This document shows positions 28,787 to 37,762 of a stretch of DNA of 64,000 bases, piece after piece. The translations under genes were made by a program, and so were the position numbers. A model generated the notes under the pieces. It made no database searches. It was not told the origin of the DNA and saw nothing but the letters and a program-made list of their open reading frames with translations. Source of the DNA: Nitrosotalea sp. (GTDB lineage Bacteria > Methylomirabilota > Methylomirabilia > Rokubacteriales > CSP1-6); contig DATIWG010000074.1 of NCBI GenBank assembly GCA_035519555.1, positions 1,292 to 65,291 on the forward strand, read 5' to 3'. Every line of letters begins with the position of its first letter. Positions within the stretch are counted from its first letter, which is position 1.

Positions 28787-29587
28787 ATGCGGACGTCCCT
28801 CATCACCTCGGTGATGATGCTCATCCTGCTCTCGGCCGCGACCGGCTGCAGCCGCCACTACTGGTCGAAGCCCGGTTCTACCCCGGAGCAGTTCACCCGT
28901 GACAGCCAGGAGTGCGCGAAGCAGGTGGCGGCCACGCTGCCGGCCGGCGTCGCCGTCGAGGCGGTCGAACAGTTCTACCGCGCGTGTCTGAACAGCCGCG
29001 GCTACGTGCGGGCCACGCAGTTCGACCCGCCGGCGCCCGGCTCGTACCGGGGCATCGAGGACGAGTCGGAGTACGCCGCGATCTGGACCATGTCGGCCGG
29101 AGCGCCGCGACAGACCTTCGAGCAACAGCTGGCCCACCTCGACGATCTGAAAGCGCGCGGACGCATCACCCCGGAGGAGTACGCCACGATGCGCAAGAAG
29201 CTGGTCGAGGAGACGAGCGCCGCCACGCTCGCTCCCGCCCCGCCAGCGCCCCCCCCGCCCCCGGCGGTGGGGCCGGCGCCCTCGTTGCTGGACGGACGCT
29301 GGTACGGCCGTACCGGCAGTACGCTCGACATCCGCCACGCCGGCGGAGCCGAGCTACAGTGGGAGTGGGAGTCGGCCCCCGGCGAGCGGACGACGACCCG
29401 AGCCTCGGGCACGGGAATGGTCACCGGAGACAAGATCACGATGACCGGACGGCTGTCGGCCGGCCCGCCGGGCGCCGCGGGCTCGTACACCTTCGAGTTC
29501 ACGCGAGAGGGCGATGTCCTGCGGGGCGTCTCCCGCGGATCCAACAACGTCCCGGTCACCGTCGAGTTCACGCGCACACGTCCCTGA
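28787..29587 (+). CDS. lipoprotein with SHOCT-like motif
   Basis: Lipobox LLSAATGC. LAHLDDLKARGRITPEEYATMRKKLV resembles a SHOCT domain. Pro/Ala linker. Confidence 0.7.
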   Translation: MRTSLITSVMMLILLSAATGCSRHYWSKPGSTPEQFTRDSQECAKQVAATLPAGVAVEAVEQFYRACLNSRGYVRATQFDPPAPGSYRGIEDESEYAAIWTMSAGAPRQTFEQQLAHLDDLKARGRITPEEYATMRKKLVEETSAATLAPAPPAPPPPPAVGPAPSLLDGRWYGRTGSTLDIRHAGGAELQWEWESAPGERTTTRASGTGMVTGDKITMTGRLSAGPPGAAGSYTFEFTREGDVLRGVSRGSNNVPVTVEFTRTRP

Positions 29588-29617
29588 GGCGCCGATCCGG
29601 CGATCCGATCTGCTACA

Positions 29618-30178
29618 GTGAGAAGCGTGCAGACGGGACTGCTCCCGCGCTTCTTCGAGAGCGTGACCCGGCAGGCGTTCGGTGACCTGGCGATCGACGA
29701 CGCGCCCGCCCTGCGCTACCTGACCGATCTCCTGACCCGCTTCGTCCGCTCCGAGGCCCTCCGGACGATCCGCGAGCTTCCCGGCCGGCGCCTGGACTCG
29801 GTCACGGACTCGCTCCTCGCCATCCAGCACGTGTGGGCGTCGGACTCGCCCGGCTTCAGCCCGGGCACGGAGCGCGTGCTGCGCCGCCAGATCGGCGACT
29901 ACACCTTGTTCATGACCGGTATCTTCCGCGACCACGTCGATCGCCTTTCGGTCACCGGCTACTACGAGCACGAGGGGCGCCAGGCCTACCGCTTCGTGGC
30001 CGAGGTGGCGCGCGCCCGGTCCGAGGCCGAGGCACCGCTCTACCGCCGCCTCTCGGACCGCTTCGAGATGTACGCGGGCGCGCTCACCTACGCGCGCAAG
30101 GTCTACTTCCGCGCGGACGCGGTCCCTTCCTCCGCCTGGCCCGCCGACCCTTTCATCCGCACGCTCTTCGCCGAATGA
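29618..30178 (+). CDS. hypothetical protein
   Basis: Track ORF with coding-like composition. No family recognised. ATGA overlap with the next gene. Confidence 0.6.
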   Translation: MRSVQTGLLPRFFESVTRQAFGDLAIDDAPALRYLTDLLTRFVRSEALRTIRELPGRRLDSVTDSLLAIQHVWASDSPGFSPGTERVLRRQIGDYTLFMTGIFRDHVDRLSVTGYYEHEGRQAYRFVAEVARARSEAEAPLYRRLSDRFEMYAGALTYARKVYFRADAVPSSAWPADPFIRTLFAE

Positions 30179-31377
30179 CCTCCGCCGCTCCGCACGGCGA
30201 GGCGGCGGCGTGCCAGGCCGCCCTCGAAGCCGCGATCGCCGGCGGGACCCTCCCCGCCCTGGAGTCCGTGAGCGCCGCCCTGCTCGACGAGGCCCTGCGC
30301 GCGCTCGTCAAGCAGCACGCCGCCGCCGCCCTCCCTCTGCTCGAGCGCCTGGCCGACGGCGCGGCCGACAAGGAACAGCGCCGTGCCGCGCGGCGCGCGC
30401 TGTACCGGCTGGCCCAATCCGGCGTGCGCCCCCCGCGCGCGGGAGCGGTGACCCCGGTCCGCCCGGTGGTCACGCGGGAGGCCGAGCACGCGGTCCGGGC
30501 CTGGCTCTCCGGCATCGACGGCAGCGGCTCGCGCGCCGCGTGGATTCTCTTCGAGGGCGGGCTCGGCGGGGGCCTGCGCCTCTGCTCACTGATCCTGAAC
30601 GACGAGGCCGGCATCATGGACGCAGCCGGCGGTCCCATCGCGCGAAAGCGGCTCGAGGCCGAGCTGCGGGGGCTGCGCGCGAGCCAGAAACTGCCGTGGG
30701 TGGAGGTGGACGGCCGCCGCGCGTGCGCGCTCGTGGCCGCCGCGCTCGCACTGCACGAGCGCCTTGGCACCGTGCCCCCGCCCGAGTTCGCCCGCTGGCG
30801 GCGGCTCTTTGCCGCCGGGCCGTTGCTTGGCGAGGTGCAGCAGTTGCCTGGCGAGGCGCAGCCGAAGGCAAGCCGAGCGGATACAAGAGAGAAGCTTCCG
30901 GTGGCATCGACTCCCGCCGAAGCAGACCCCACCCTCCTCGACCGCTCCACCTCGCTCCTCGACCTCCCCGAGCTCATGGGCTGGTTCGTGGATCCCGCGC
31001 GCGTGCAGCACGAAGCGCTGGCTCTCCTGCAGACACGAGAGAGCCGGCTCGTGGTGTCCGAGCAGATCAAGGCCGCGCGGGAGGCGAGCATCATCGACGG
31101 CGTGATCGAGGCGCAGCTGTCGCCACCGGCCCGCCAGCGCTGGGCAAACCGGCTCCGCGAGATGGCCGACATCTTCGCGCTGACCGGGCGCGACGAGCCG
31201 GCCGCGCTCGCCCGCGCGACGGCGGAGGCGCTCGCCGATCTGGAGCGGCCGGCCACCGCGCTGCCATTCGCCCGCGCCCTCGCCGGGCGCGGGCTCGAGA
31301 TGGCCACCGAGGTCGCGCTCGGCCGCGCCCGTCTGGACGACGTCAGCCGCGCCCCGGCGCGACGCGCCCGCTCGTGA
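30175..31377 (+). CDS. hypothetical protein (Ala/Leu-rich, helical)
   Basis: Distal part of track ORF 29833..31377 from ATG 30175. No family recognised. GTGA overlap with the downstream peptidase gene. Confidence 0.6.
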   Translation: MTSAAPHGEAAACQAALEAAIAGGTLPALESVSAALLDEALRALVKQHAAAALPLLERLADGAADKEQRRAARRALYRLAQSGVRPPRAGAVTPVRPVVTREAEHAVRAWLSGIDGSGSRAAWILFEGGLGGGLRLCSLILNDEAGIMDAAGGPIARKRLEAELRGLRASQKLPWVEVDGRRACALVAAALALHERLGTVPPPEFARWRRLFAAGPLLGEVQQLPGEAQPKASRADTREKLPVASTPAEADPTLLDRSTSLLDLPELMGWFVDPARVQHEALALLQTRESRLVVSEQIKAAREASIIDGVIEAQLSPPARQRWANRLREMADIFALTGRDEPAALARATAEALADLERPATALPFARALAGRGLEMATEVALGRARLDDVSRAPARRARS

Positions 31378-32315
31378 TCCCGGGCCTGCGCGTCGGCCAC
31401 GTCACCGACCCGGAGCGGCTCACCGGCTGCACGGTCGTGCTGACCGACGCGCCCGCGGTGGGCGGCGTGGAGATCCGCGGCTGGGCGGCCGGCGTGCACG
31501 GGCTCGAGTTCCTCGACCCGCGCCACCTCGTGCCCAGCATCGATGGCGTCGTCCTGGCCGGCGGCAGCGCGTTCGGCCTGGAAGCGATCTGGGGCGTGAT
31601 GCAGTACCTCGAGGAGCACGGGGTGGGGTTCCCGACCAGCCAGACGGTGGTGCCGCACGTGGCGGGCGCCATCCTCTACGACCTGGGCGTGGGAGACGCC
31701 GGCGCGCGCCCCGACCGCGCGATGGGTTATCGCGCCGCCGCCGCCGCTCGACCGGGGCCGGTCGCCGAAGGCAACGTGGGCGCGGGCACCGGCGCCACCG
31801 TGGGCAAGCTCAACGGCATCGCCCGCGCGACCAAGGGCGGGCTCGGCTGCGCGGTGATGGAGCGTGACGGGGTCCACCTGGGCGCGATCATGGCGGTCAA
31901 CGCGGTCGGCGACGTGCGCGATCCCGAGACGGGCCGGCTCATCGCGGGATCGCGCGACGCCGCCGACGGCCGGCGTCTCGTCGACACCGCGGCAGCCCTG
32001 GCCGCGGGCGCGCCCCATCCCGTCTTCCGCCCCACCAACACCACGATCGGCCTCGTCGCCACCACGGTCGCCCTCGACAAGATCCAGGCAGCGCGCGTGG
32101 CCCAGCTCGCCATGGACGGGTACAAGCAGGCCCTGTCGCCTCCGCATCTGAGCACGGACGGCGATGCGCTCTTCTGCCTGTCGGTGGGCAAGGCCCGCGC
32201 GGACGTGGAGGCGCTGGGCCGGGCCGCCGCGGCTCTCGTCGCGCAGGCGATCGTCCGCGCGGTGCGGGCGGCGACGGCGGCGGCCGGTCTCCCGGCCGCC
32301 CGCGATCTCGACTGA
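31374..32315 (+). CDS. P1/S58 (DmpA-type) aminopeptidase family protein
   Basis: Distal part of track ORF 30210..32315 from GTG 31374. GLRVGHVTD...TGCTVVL and PTNTTIGLVATTVALDK blocks typical of DmpA/BapA-type Ntn hydrolases. Confidence 0.85.
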   Translation: MIPGLRVGHVTDPERLTGCTVVLTDAPAVGGVEIRGWAAGVHGLEFLDPRHLVPSIDGVVLAGGSAFGLEAIWGVMQYLEEHGVGFPTSQTVVPHVAGAILYDLGVGDAGARPDRAMGYRAAAAARPGPVAEGNVGAGTGATVGKLNGIARATKGGLGCAVMERDGVHLGAIMAVNAVGDVRDPETGRLIAGSRDAADGRRLVDTAAALAAGAPHPVFRPTNTTIGLVATTVALDKIQAARVAQLAMDGYKQALSPPHLSTDGDALFCLSVGKARADVEALGRAAAALVAQAIVRAVRAATAAAGLPAARDLD

Positions 32316-32325
32316 GCCGCCGGCG

Positions 32326-33282
32326 CTACTTCCCGCCCGCTCCGCTCCCGAAGGTGAAGGCCGAGCCCACCGAGCTCGGCACCATCTCGCCGGGCAGACG
32401 GTGCAGCATGGTGGCCATCGCCTCGAGCCCGGTGCAGTGCTGCGGCACGACCCAGTCCACCTCGAGGTCGCGGAAGGCGTCGACCACGCGGGTGACCCGC
32501 TCCTCCTTGAGCCCACTCAGGTGAAAGCCGCCGATGACCGCGTGCACCTTGGGCACCCCGGTGATCCGCGCGGCGTGACGGCAGATGCCGACGATCCCGC
32601 GATGAGAGCACGACGTGACGACCACGAGGCCGTGACCCTTCAGGTTCATGATCAGCGTCTGCTCACCCATGAACGTGTCGGGGACGATGGCCCCGTCCCG
32701 CTCGACGCGGAGGTTGTCGGGGATTGGCTCGAAGGGCTCCTGCTCGTGCATCTCGCCGCTCAGCAGCACCCCGTCGGCAATCAGCAGCGGCGCTCGCACC
32801 GACTCCACCTGGATGTCGTAGCGCTCGATCTCGTCACGGTACAGGCGTCCCATCGAGACGCGATCGCTGCCGCGCTGGTTCCAGCGCGGGAGGAAGTGAT
32901 CCTCGCCCCCGTAGAACGTCAGTGCTTTCTTCATCGCGCGCCGGTAGGTTCGCAGGAAGCCGCGGAGCCCGCCCCAGTGATCCCAGTGCCCGTGGCTCAG
33001 GGCCAGCGCGTCGAGCGCGCCCGGATCGAGGCCGAGCACCCGGAAGTTGTGGGTGAGCGCGGTGTCGGAGGGGCCGAAGTCGAAGGCGACCCGGGTCGTG
33101 TCGCGCCCCCGGGTGATCTCCACGTAATGGGCGAGCCCGTGCTCGGCCCGCAGGTCCGGCATCTGGCGGGCCACGAACGCGCTGAAGCGGCGGGCCACCT
33201 TCTCGTCCTGCCGCAGCACGTCGATGTAGTTGTCGACCACGGTGGTGACCACGACTCGATCCACCTCGGCGAGCGAGAGCAT
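32326..33282 (-). CDS. MBL-fold metallo-hydrolase (COG1237-like)
   Basis: From ATG 33282. VVDNYID, AEHGLAHYVE, LSHGHWDHWGGL (HxHxDH), VVTSCSHRG, VIGGFHL, PQHCTG. Confidence 0.8.
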   Translation of the reverse strand: MLSLAEVDRVVVTTVVDNYIDVLRQDEKVARRFSAFVARQMPDLRAEHGLAHYVEITRGRDTTRVAFDFGPSDTALTHNFRVLGLDPGALDALALSHGHWDHWGGLRGFLRTYRRAMKKALTFYGGEDHFLPRWNQRGSDRVSMGRLYRDEIERYDIQVESVRAPLLIADGVLLSGEMHEQEPFEPIPDNLRVERDGAIVPDTFMGEQTLIMNLKGHGLVVVTSCSHRGIVGICRHAARITGVPKVHAVIGGFHLSGLKEERVTRVVDAFRDLEVDWVVPQHCTGLEAMATMLHRLPGEMVPSSVGSAFTFGSGAGGK

Positions 33283-34004
33283 CAGTCGACCCGGTTCTCG
33301 TCGCGGTACATGACTTTGTGACGCGTCGTCTTCACCCACTCGTCGATCTGCTCGTCGCTCATCACGCTCGCCGGGTCGAGCCGGTCCCAGCTCATGATCT
33401 GGTCTAGCCGCTTCTTCCAGCGCTTGTACGACGGCTTGAGCGGCGGGCCGAAGCACATCACGTCGATGATCGAGAGCGGCTCCGGCACGCCGAGCAGGGG
33501 CTTCACCTTCTTCTGGATGTCGTCCTGGCCGATCGCGGTGATCCACCACACCGCGTAGCCGAGCGCGGCCGCGGCCAGGTGCGCCGACATCGTCGAGGCC
33601 GCCACCGACTGGAGCAGGATGCGCTCGGCGTTCTGGTGGTAGAGCCGGTCGAGCCCGGAGCCGTCGTTGATCACCGGAAAGGCCCGCACGAAGCGGAAGT
33701 CGGCCACGATCACGATGAGGCCAGGCGCGCTCTTCACCCCGTTGTAGTTCGGAGTGGGAAAACCCATCCGCAGCCGCGCGCGCTGCTGCTGCTCGTCCAC
33801 GAAGCACTGACCGATCGCCTGCTTCATGGCCGCCTCGGTCACCACGATGTAGTGCCAGGGCTGGGCGTTGGCCCCCGACGGGGCGTGGCGCGCCGCCTCG
33901 AGGATCATCTCGAAGTGCGCGAGAGGAATCGGCCCGGGCGCAAAGGCCCGGTTGGTCATGCGGGAACGGACCACGTCCATCAACGCGTCGTAGCGCGCGT
34001 GCAT
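33282..34004 (-). CDS. nitroreductase family protein
   Basis: RMTNRAF...ILEAARHAPSGANAQPWHYIVV is the typical nitroreductase N-terminal block. Confidence 0.85.
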   Translation of the reverse strand: MHARYDALMDVVRSRMTNRAFAPGPIPLAHFEMILEAARHAPSGANAQPWHYIVVTEAAMKQAIGQCFVDEQQQRARLRMGFPTPNYNGVKSAPGLIVIVADFRFVRAFPVINDGSGLDRLYHQNAERILLQSVAASTMSAHLAAAALGYAVWWITAIGQDDIQKKVKPLLGVPEPLSIIDVMCFGPPLKPSYKRWKKRLDQIMSWDRLDPASVMSDEQIDEWVKTTRHKVMYRDENRVD

Positions 34005-34026
34005 GCGGCTCTCGGCCGGCGCGGAG

Positions 34027-35079
34027 CTAGCCAGCGGCTTCCTCGTGCCAGAGGCCGAGGGCCCGGAGCGCGGGCTCGTCGTTGAGGTGGAAGAGACAGG
34101 CGGGGGCCGTGCCCGAGCGGTTGCGGTGCTCGACCTCCTGCCACGGCGGCACCACGAAGGCGTCGCCGGCCTGCCAGTCCAGCACCCGGTCGCCGACCCG
34201 GCTCTCGCCCTGGCCCTCGATCACGTGCACGACCTCGCTCACCGTCCGGCGCCCGGCGCGGGACTCCTCGCCCGGACGCAGCCAGCGCGCCTCCGAGCCC
34301 ATGGTCCGCAGTGGATACTCCCCGGTGCGCGGGTTGACGTGGCGCAGCACCACCGCCGCGCGTCGGGCCGCGGTGGCGGCCAGGGACGCCAGGGCCGCCC
34401 GCACCGTGCGCCAGGGCCAGCGCACCTGTGGATAGCCCGTCTCCTCGTAGCGCGACCGGCGCGGCACGAGCCCGGCCGCGGTGAACTCGTCCTGCGAGGA
34501 GTCGATGTCGGTGGTGGGCGCGGCGGCCGGCTTCATGGGCGAGGCCCAGTTCGCCTCGATCCCGCGCACGAGCGGGATGTCGAGGCCGTCGAGCCAGATC
34601 ACGGGATCGCGACCCTCGTGGCCGTGATCGTGCCAGCGCATCGGCGGGGTGATGATGAGGTCGCCCGGCTCCATCACGCACTTCACGCCGTCCACCGTGG
34701 TGTAGGCGCCCTCGCCCTCGACGATCAGGCGGAGCGCGGCCGCGGTGTGGTGATGGCTCGGCGCCGCCTCGCCGGGGAGGATGACCTGGAACCCCGCGTA
34801 GAGGGTGGCCGTCGCCGAGAAGTTGCCGGGCAGCCCCGGGTTGCAGAGCACCAGCACGCGGCGCTCCGCCTGCTCGATGGGGACCAGGCGCGCCGCCTCG
34901 AGCAGCGGCCCGCGCAGCTCGCTCCAGCGCCAGCGATGCGGGACCACTCGGGTGACGCGCTCGTGCGGCAGCAGCGAGTGCAGCGCGGTCCACAGGGGCG
35001 CGAGGGAGAGGGACTCGAGCCGCTCGGAGTACGCGGCGGGCAGCTGCTCGTCCCGGGTCGACAGCGGCTGGACGCTCAA
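34027..35079 (-). CDS. gentisate 1,2-dioxygenase-like bicupin
   Basis: 350 aa. N-terminal LAPLWTALHSLLP. Two cupin modules (SHHHTAAALRLIVEGEGAYT; VHVIEGQGESRVGD). Confidence 0.75.
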   Translation of the reverse strand: MSVQPLSTRDEQLPAAYSERLESLSLAPLWTALHSLLPHERVTRVVPHRWRWSELRGPLLEAARLVPIEQAERRVLVLCNPGLPGNFSATATLYAGFQVILPGEAAPSHHHTAAALRLIVEGEGAYTTVDGVKCVMEPGDLIITPPMRWHDHGHEGRDPVIWLDGLDIPLVRGIEANWASPMKPAAAPTTDIDSSQDEFTAAGLVPRRSRYEETGYPQVRWPWRTVRAALASLAATAARRAAVVLRHVNPRTGEYPLRTMGSEARWLRPGEESRAGRRTVSEVVHVIEGQGESRVGDRVLDWQAGDAFVVPPWQEVEHRNRSGTAPACLFHLNDEPALRALGLWHEEAAG

Positions 35080-35089
35080 GTGGGAGCCC

Positions 35090-36379
35090 TCAGTGCGCGT
35101 CGGAGCGCGGGCGCAGCTCGTCGCGGGCGTCGGCCAGCCGATCCGCGAGCGCGCGGACCTCGGCCAGCCGATCCGGCCGGTGGACGAAGCGCGGGTCGGT
35201 GGTGTAGGCGGCCCAGCTCCGCATGTAGTCGGGCTGCGAGAGGCCGAGGGCGTGCTCGGAGATCTGCGCGGGGTTGGCGAAATCGGCCATGATCCCGACC
35301 TCGTTGTGGCGCGCCGGCCGGTGGCCGTCCATGAACGCCTGCAGCGCCGACGGCTGCGGGCCGTGCGGCAACCCGACCGGGTGCACCGTGACCATCCCCT
35401 CCCGGATCACGCCGCCGCGACTGAAGAAGTCGCCGAAGTGATAGGCGATGGTCTCGCAGTAGTCGAGGTTCCGGTGGAAGAAGGGCAGCCACATCCCTTC
35501 CTTCTCGACCGAGCGCACGGTGAAGACGCAGAGATAGCAGCCGGGCAGCTGGAAGACGGTGTGGCCGGAGGGCGGCACGTGCGAGCGGTCCGCGGTCAGG
35601 GGTCGCACATCCTCGACCGCGAAGCGGTACGGCAGGTAGTCGCCGCGCCAGCCCACCACGTCGAAGGGATGCGTGGGGTGTACCCGTCGCGTGTAGACCG
35701 AGCCGACCTTGGAGACGACCTCGAAGCGCCCCGCCTCGTTGCGGGTGTCGAGCGAGCGGGGGAAGCGATAGTCGCTGCGACTGTGGGTGATGAACTGCCC
35801 GGTGCTCGCCGCCTCCGACTTCTCGGGATCGCCCGCGAAGCTCTCATACACCCAATAGTAGTGCGGCCCCGGCGCGGTCTCGAAGCGATGGGGAATGCCC
35901 TTCGGCACCACCAGGAAATCTCCGGGCCCGTACGTGAGGGGGCCGAGAAGCGTCTCGAGCGTGCCCCGCCCCTGGTGGACGAAGATCACGAGGGTCGCCG
36001 AGTGGTGCTCGAAAACGTAGTCCATCGGCGCCGCCGGCGCGGTCACGTTCATGGCCACGGTGGCGTTGGCCACCAGGCGCGCCATCCCGCGATAGACGTC
36101 GCGCCCCTCCGGCGGCCGCGCGACGTCGAGGGCGTGATGCACACCGCCCACCGGCCGCAGGGGCGACTCCCAGAGCGGCGCGAAGTCCGGGAGCGCCGCG
36201 GTCTCGCCGGGCAGCCAGTTGTTCGGCGGATACAGATGATAGGTGTGGGTGACCTGGCCCGCGAAGCCCGCCCGCCCATGCTCCTGCTCGTAGACGTGCT
36301 GGAGCAGGGGGCCCACGTGCGGCGCCCGCGGAACGACGCCCACCTCCGGGATCCCGCTGAAGTACTCATACTTGTCCAT
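35090..36379 (-). CDS. homogentisate 1,2-dioxygenase family protein (divergent)
   Basis: From ATG 36379 after GGAGG. FFHRNLDYCETIAYHFG and VTVHPVGLPHGP resemble the HGD Fe-ligand blocks. 429 aa. Confidence 0.65.
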   Translation of the reverse strand: MDKYEYFSGIPEVGVVPRAPHVGPLLQHVYEQEHGRAGFAGQVTHTYHLYPPNNWLPGETAALPDFAPLWESPLRPVGGVHHALDVARPPEGRDVYRGMARLVANATVAMNVTAPAAPMDYVFEHHSATLVIFVHQGRGTLETLLGPLTYGPGDFLVVPKGIPHRFETAPGPHYYWVYESFAGDPEKSEAASTGQFITHSRSDYRFPRSLDTRNEAGRFEVVSKVGSVYTRRVHPTHPFDVVGWRGDYLPYRFAVEDVRPLTADRSHVPPSGHTVFQLPGCYLCVFTVRSVEKEGMWLPFFHRNLDYCETIAYHFGDFFSRGGVIREGMVTVHPVGLPHGPQPSALQAFMDGHRPARHNEVGIMADFANPAQISEHALGLSQPDYMRSWAAYTTDPRFVHRPDRLAEVRALADRLADARDELRPRSDAH

Positions 36380-36451
36380 GGGTCGGGCCTCCGTGGTCGC
36401 GCGGGCCATCTTACCGCGGGCCCGGGCCGTCGTCACCCGCGACGCGGGGTC

Positions 36452-37681
36452 CTAGCAGTGCCGGCACGGCGGGAACTCCCGCGAGTAGACCGGCTGCTCG
36501 AGAAACTTCTGCGGGTCGTACGTCCAGAACTGGCTCACCGCCGGGTAGGTGTAGATCACCGTGTTCTGGAGGCTCCCGCCCACCTTCTCCACCTTGCGAA
36601 TGTAGATGTTCTGGGTCGGGTTGCCGTAGGCGTCGATCTTGATCGGCCCCCGCGGCGCGTCTCCGATCTCGACCCGTCGCAGGGCGGCCATCAGGGCGGT
36701 CCGATCCTCGACGCGCCCGCCCGCCGCCTTCACCGCCTCCTCGATCACGCGGGCGCCCGTGTAGCAGTTCTCCGAGTAGAACGACGGCGGCCGCGAGTAC
36801 GCCTTCTCGAAGGCCGCTCGGAACCTCCGGTTGGCCGGCGTGTCGAGCGACGCCGAGTAGTGATGGGCGCTGATCACCCCGATCGCTTCGTCGCCGAGCT
36901 GGGAGAGCACGTGCTCGTCGGTGTAGGTGCCTCCCGCGATCAGCGGCATACGGCCCTTGAGCCCGCTCTCCCCGTACTGCTTGGAGAACAGCACGCTCCA
37001 GCGCCCGAGCGCCACCACGAATACCGCGTCGGCGTCGCGCTTCACCTGAGCGAGATACGGCGCGTAGTCCTGGATGTTCAGCGGCACCCACAGCTTCTGG
37101 ACGACCTGCCCCCCGTTGTCCTCGAAGGCCTTCTGGAAGCCGCCGACCGTCTCCCAGCCGAAGGCGTAGTCGAGCCCGATGGTCACGACCTTCTTGTACT
37201 TGAGCGTCTTGGCCGCGTACTCCCCGAACGGATGCATGTTGCCCCCGGCCGAGAAGCCGGTGCGTACGAGCCACTTCGGCCGCTTCCGCTGGGTCAGGTC
37301 GTCGGCCGAGTTGATCGGATAGATGGTGGGGATGCCGGCCGCTTCGATCGGCGGCACCAGCGCGTAGGCCACGTTGGAAAGAATGACTCCGGCGAGCAGG
37401 TTGACGTGGTCGCTGTCGATGAGCTTGCGAAGCTTGCTCACCGCGGTGGCGGGCTGGCCCTCCGTGTCCTCGAGGATGACCTCGAGCTTGCGACCCGCGA
37501 TCTGCATCCCGCTCTCATGCCAGTAGAGCTCGCAGCCGCTGTACATGTCCTTGCCGGCCTGCGCGATCGCTCCCGACATCGGCGAGAGGAACCCGATCTT
37601 GATCGTCGCCTGGGCGGCCACCGGACCGGCATCCACCCCGACGATCAGCCCAGCCAGCACGAGCAGCAGCAATGAGATCAT
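36452..37681 (-). CDS. ABC transporter substrate-binding protein (LivJ/branched-chain amino acid type)
   Basis: Signal peptide, then IKIGFLSPMSGAIAQAGKDM... of the Peripla_BP_6-type family. Confidence 0.85.
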   Translation of the reverse strand: MISLLLLVLAGLIVGVDAGPVAAQATIKIGFLSPMSGAIAQAGKDMYSGCELYWHESGMQIAGRKLEVILEDTEGQPATAVSKLRKLIDSDHVNLLAGVILSNVAYALVPPIEAAGIPTIYPINSADDLTQRKRPKWLVRTGFSAGGNMHPFGEYAAKTLKYKKVVTIGLDYAFGWETVGGFQKAFEDNGGQVVQKLWVPLNIQDYAPYLAQVKRDADAVFVVALGRWSVLFSKQYGESGLKGRMPLIAGGTYTDEHVLSQLGDEAIGVISAHHYSASLDTPANRRFRAAFEKAYSRPPSFYSENCYTGARVIEEAVKAAGGRVEDRTALMAALRRVEIGDAPRGPIKIDAYGNPTQNIYIRKVEKVGGSLQNTVIYTYPAVSQFWTYDPQKFLEQPVYSREFPPCRHC

Positions 37682-37762
37682 CCTCGGCTCCTCCGTGTCC
37701 GAAATGGGGTCCGGGCCGCGCCTAGTCTATCGCTTCGGGCGCGGCTGGGATATATCACCTGC

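Noticed and set aside
30153-32516. 787-aa minus-strand ORF, and the first part of the 701-aa + ORF 30210..32315
   Set aside because: Ser/Arg/Ala-rich shadow frames. The coding frames supported by start/stop coupling and the DmpA motifs are 29618..30178, 30175..31377 and 31374..32315.
34805-37675. 956-aa + strand ORF spanning three minus-strand genes
   Set aside because: Shadow ORF typical of high-GC DNA. It crosses the GDO, HGD-like and SBP genes, which have clear family motifs, signal peptide and RBS. No motifs in the + frame.
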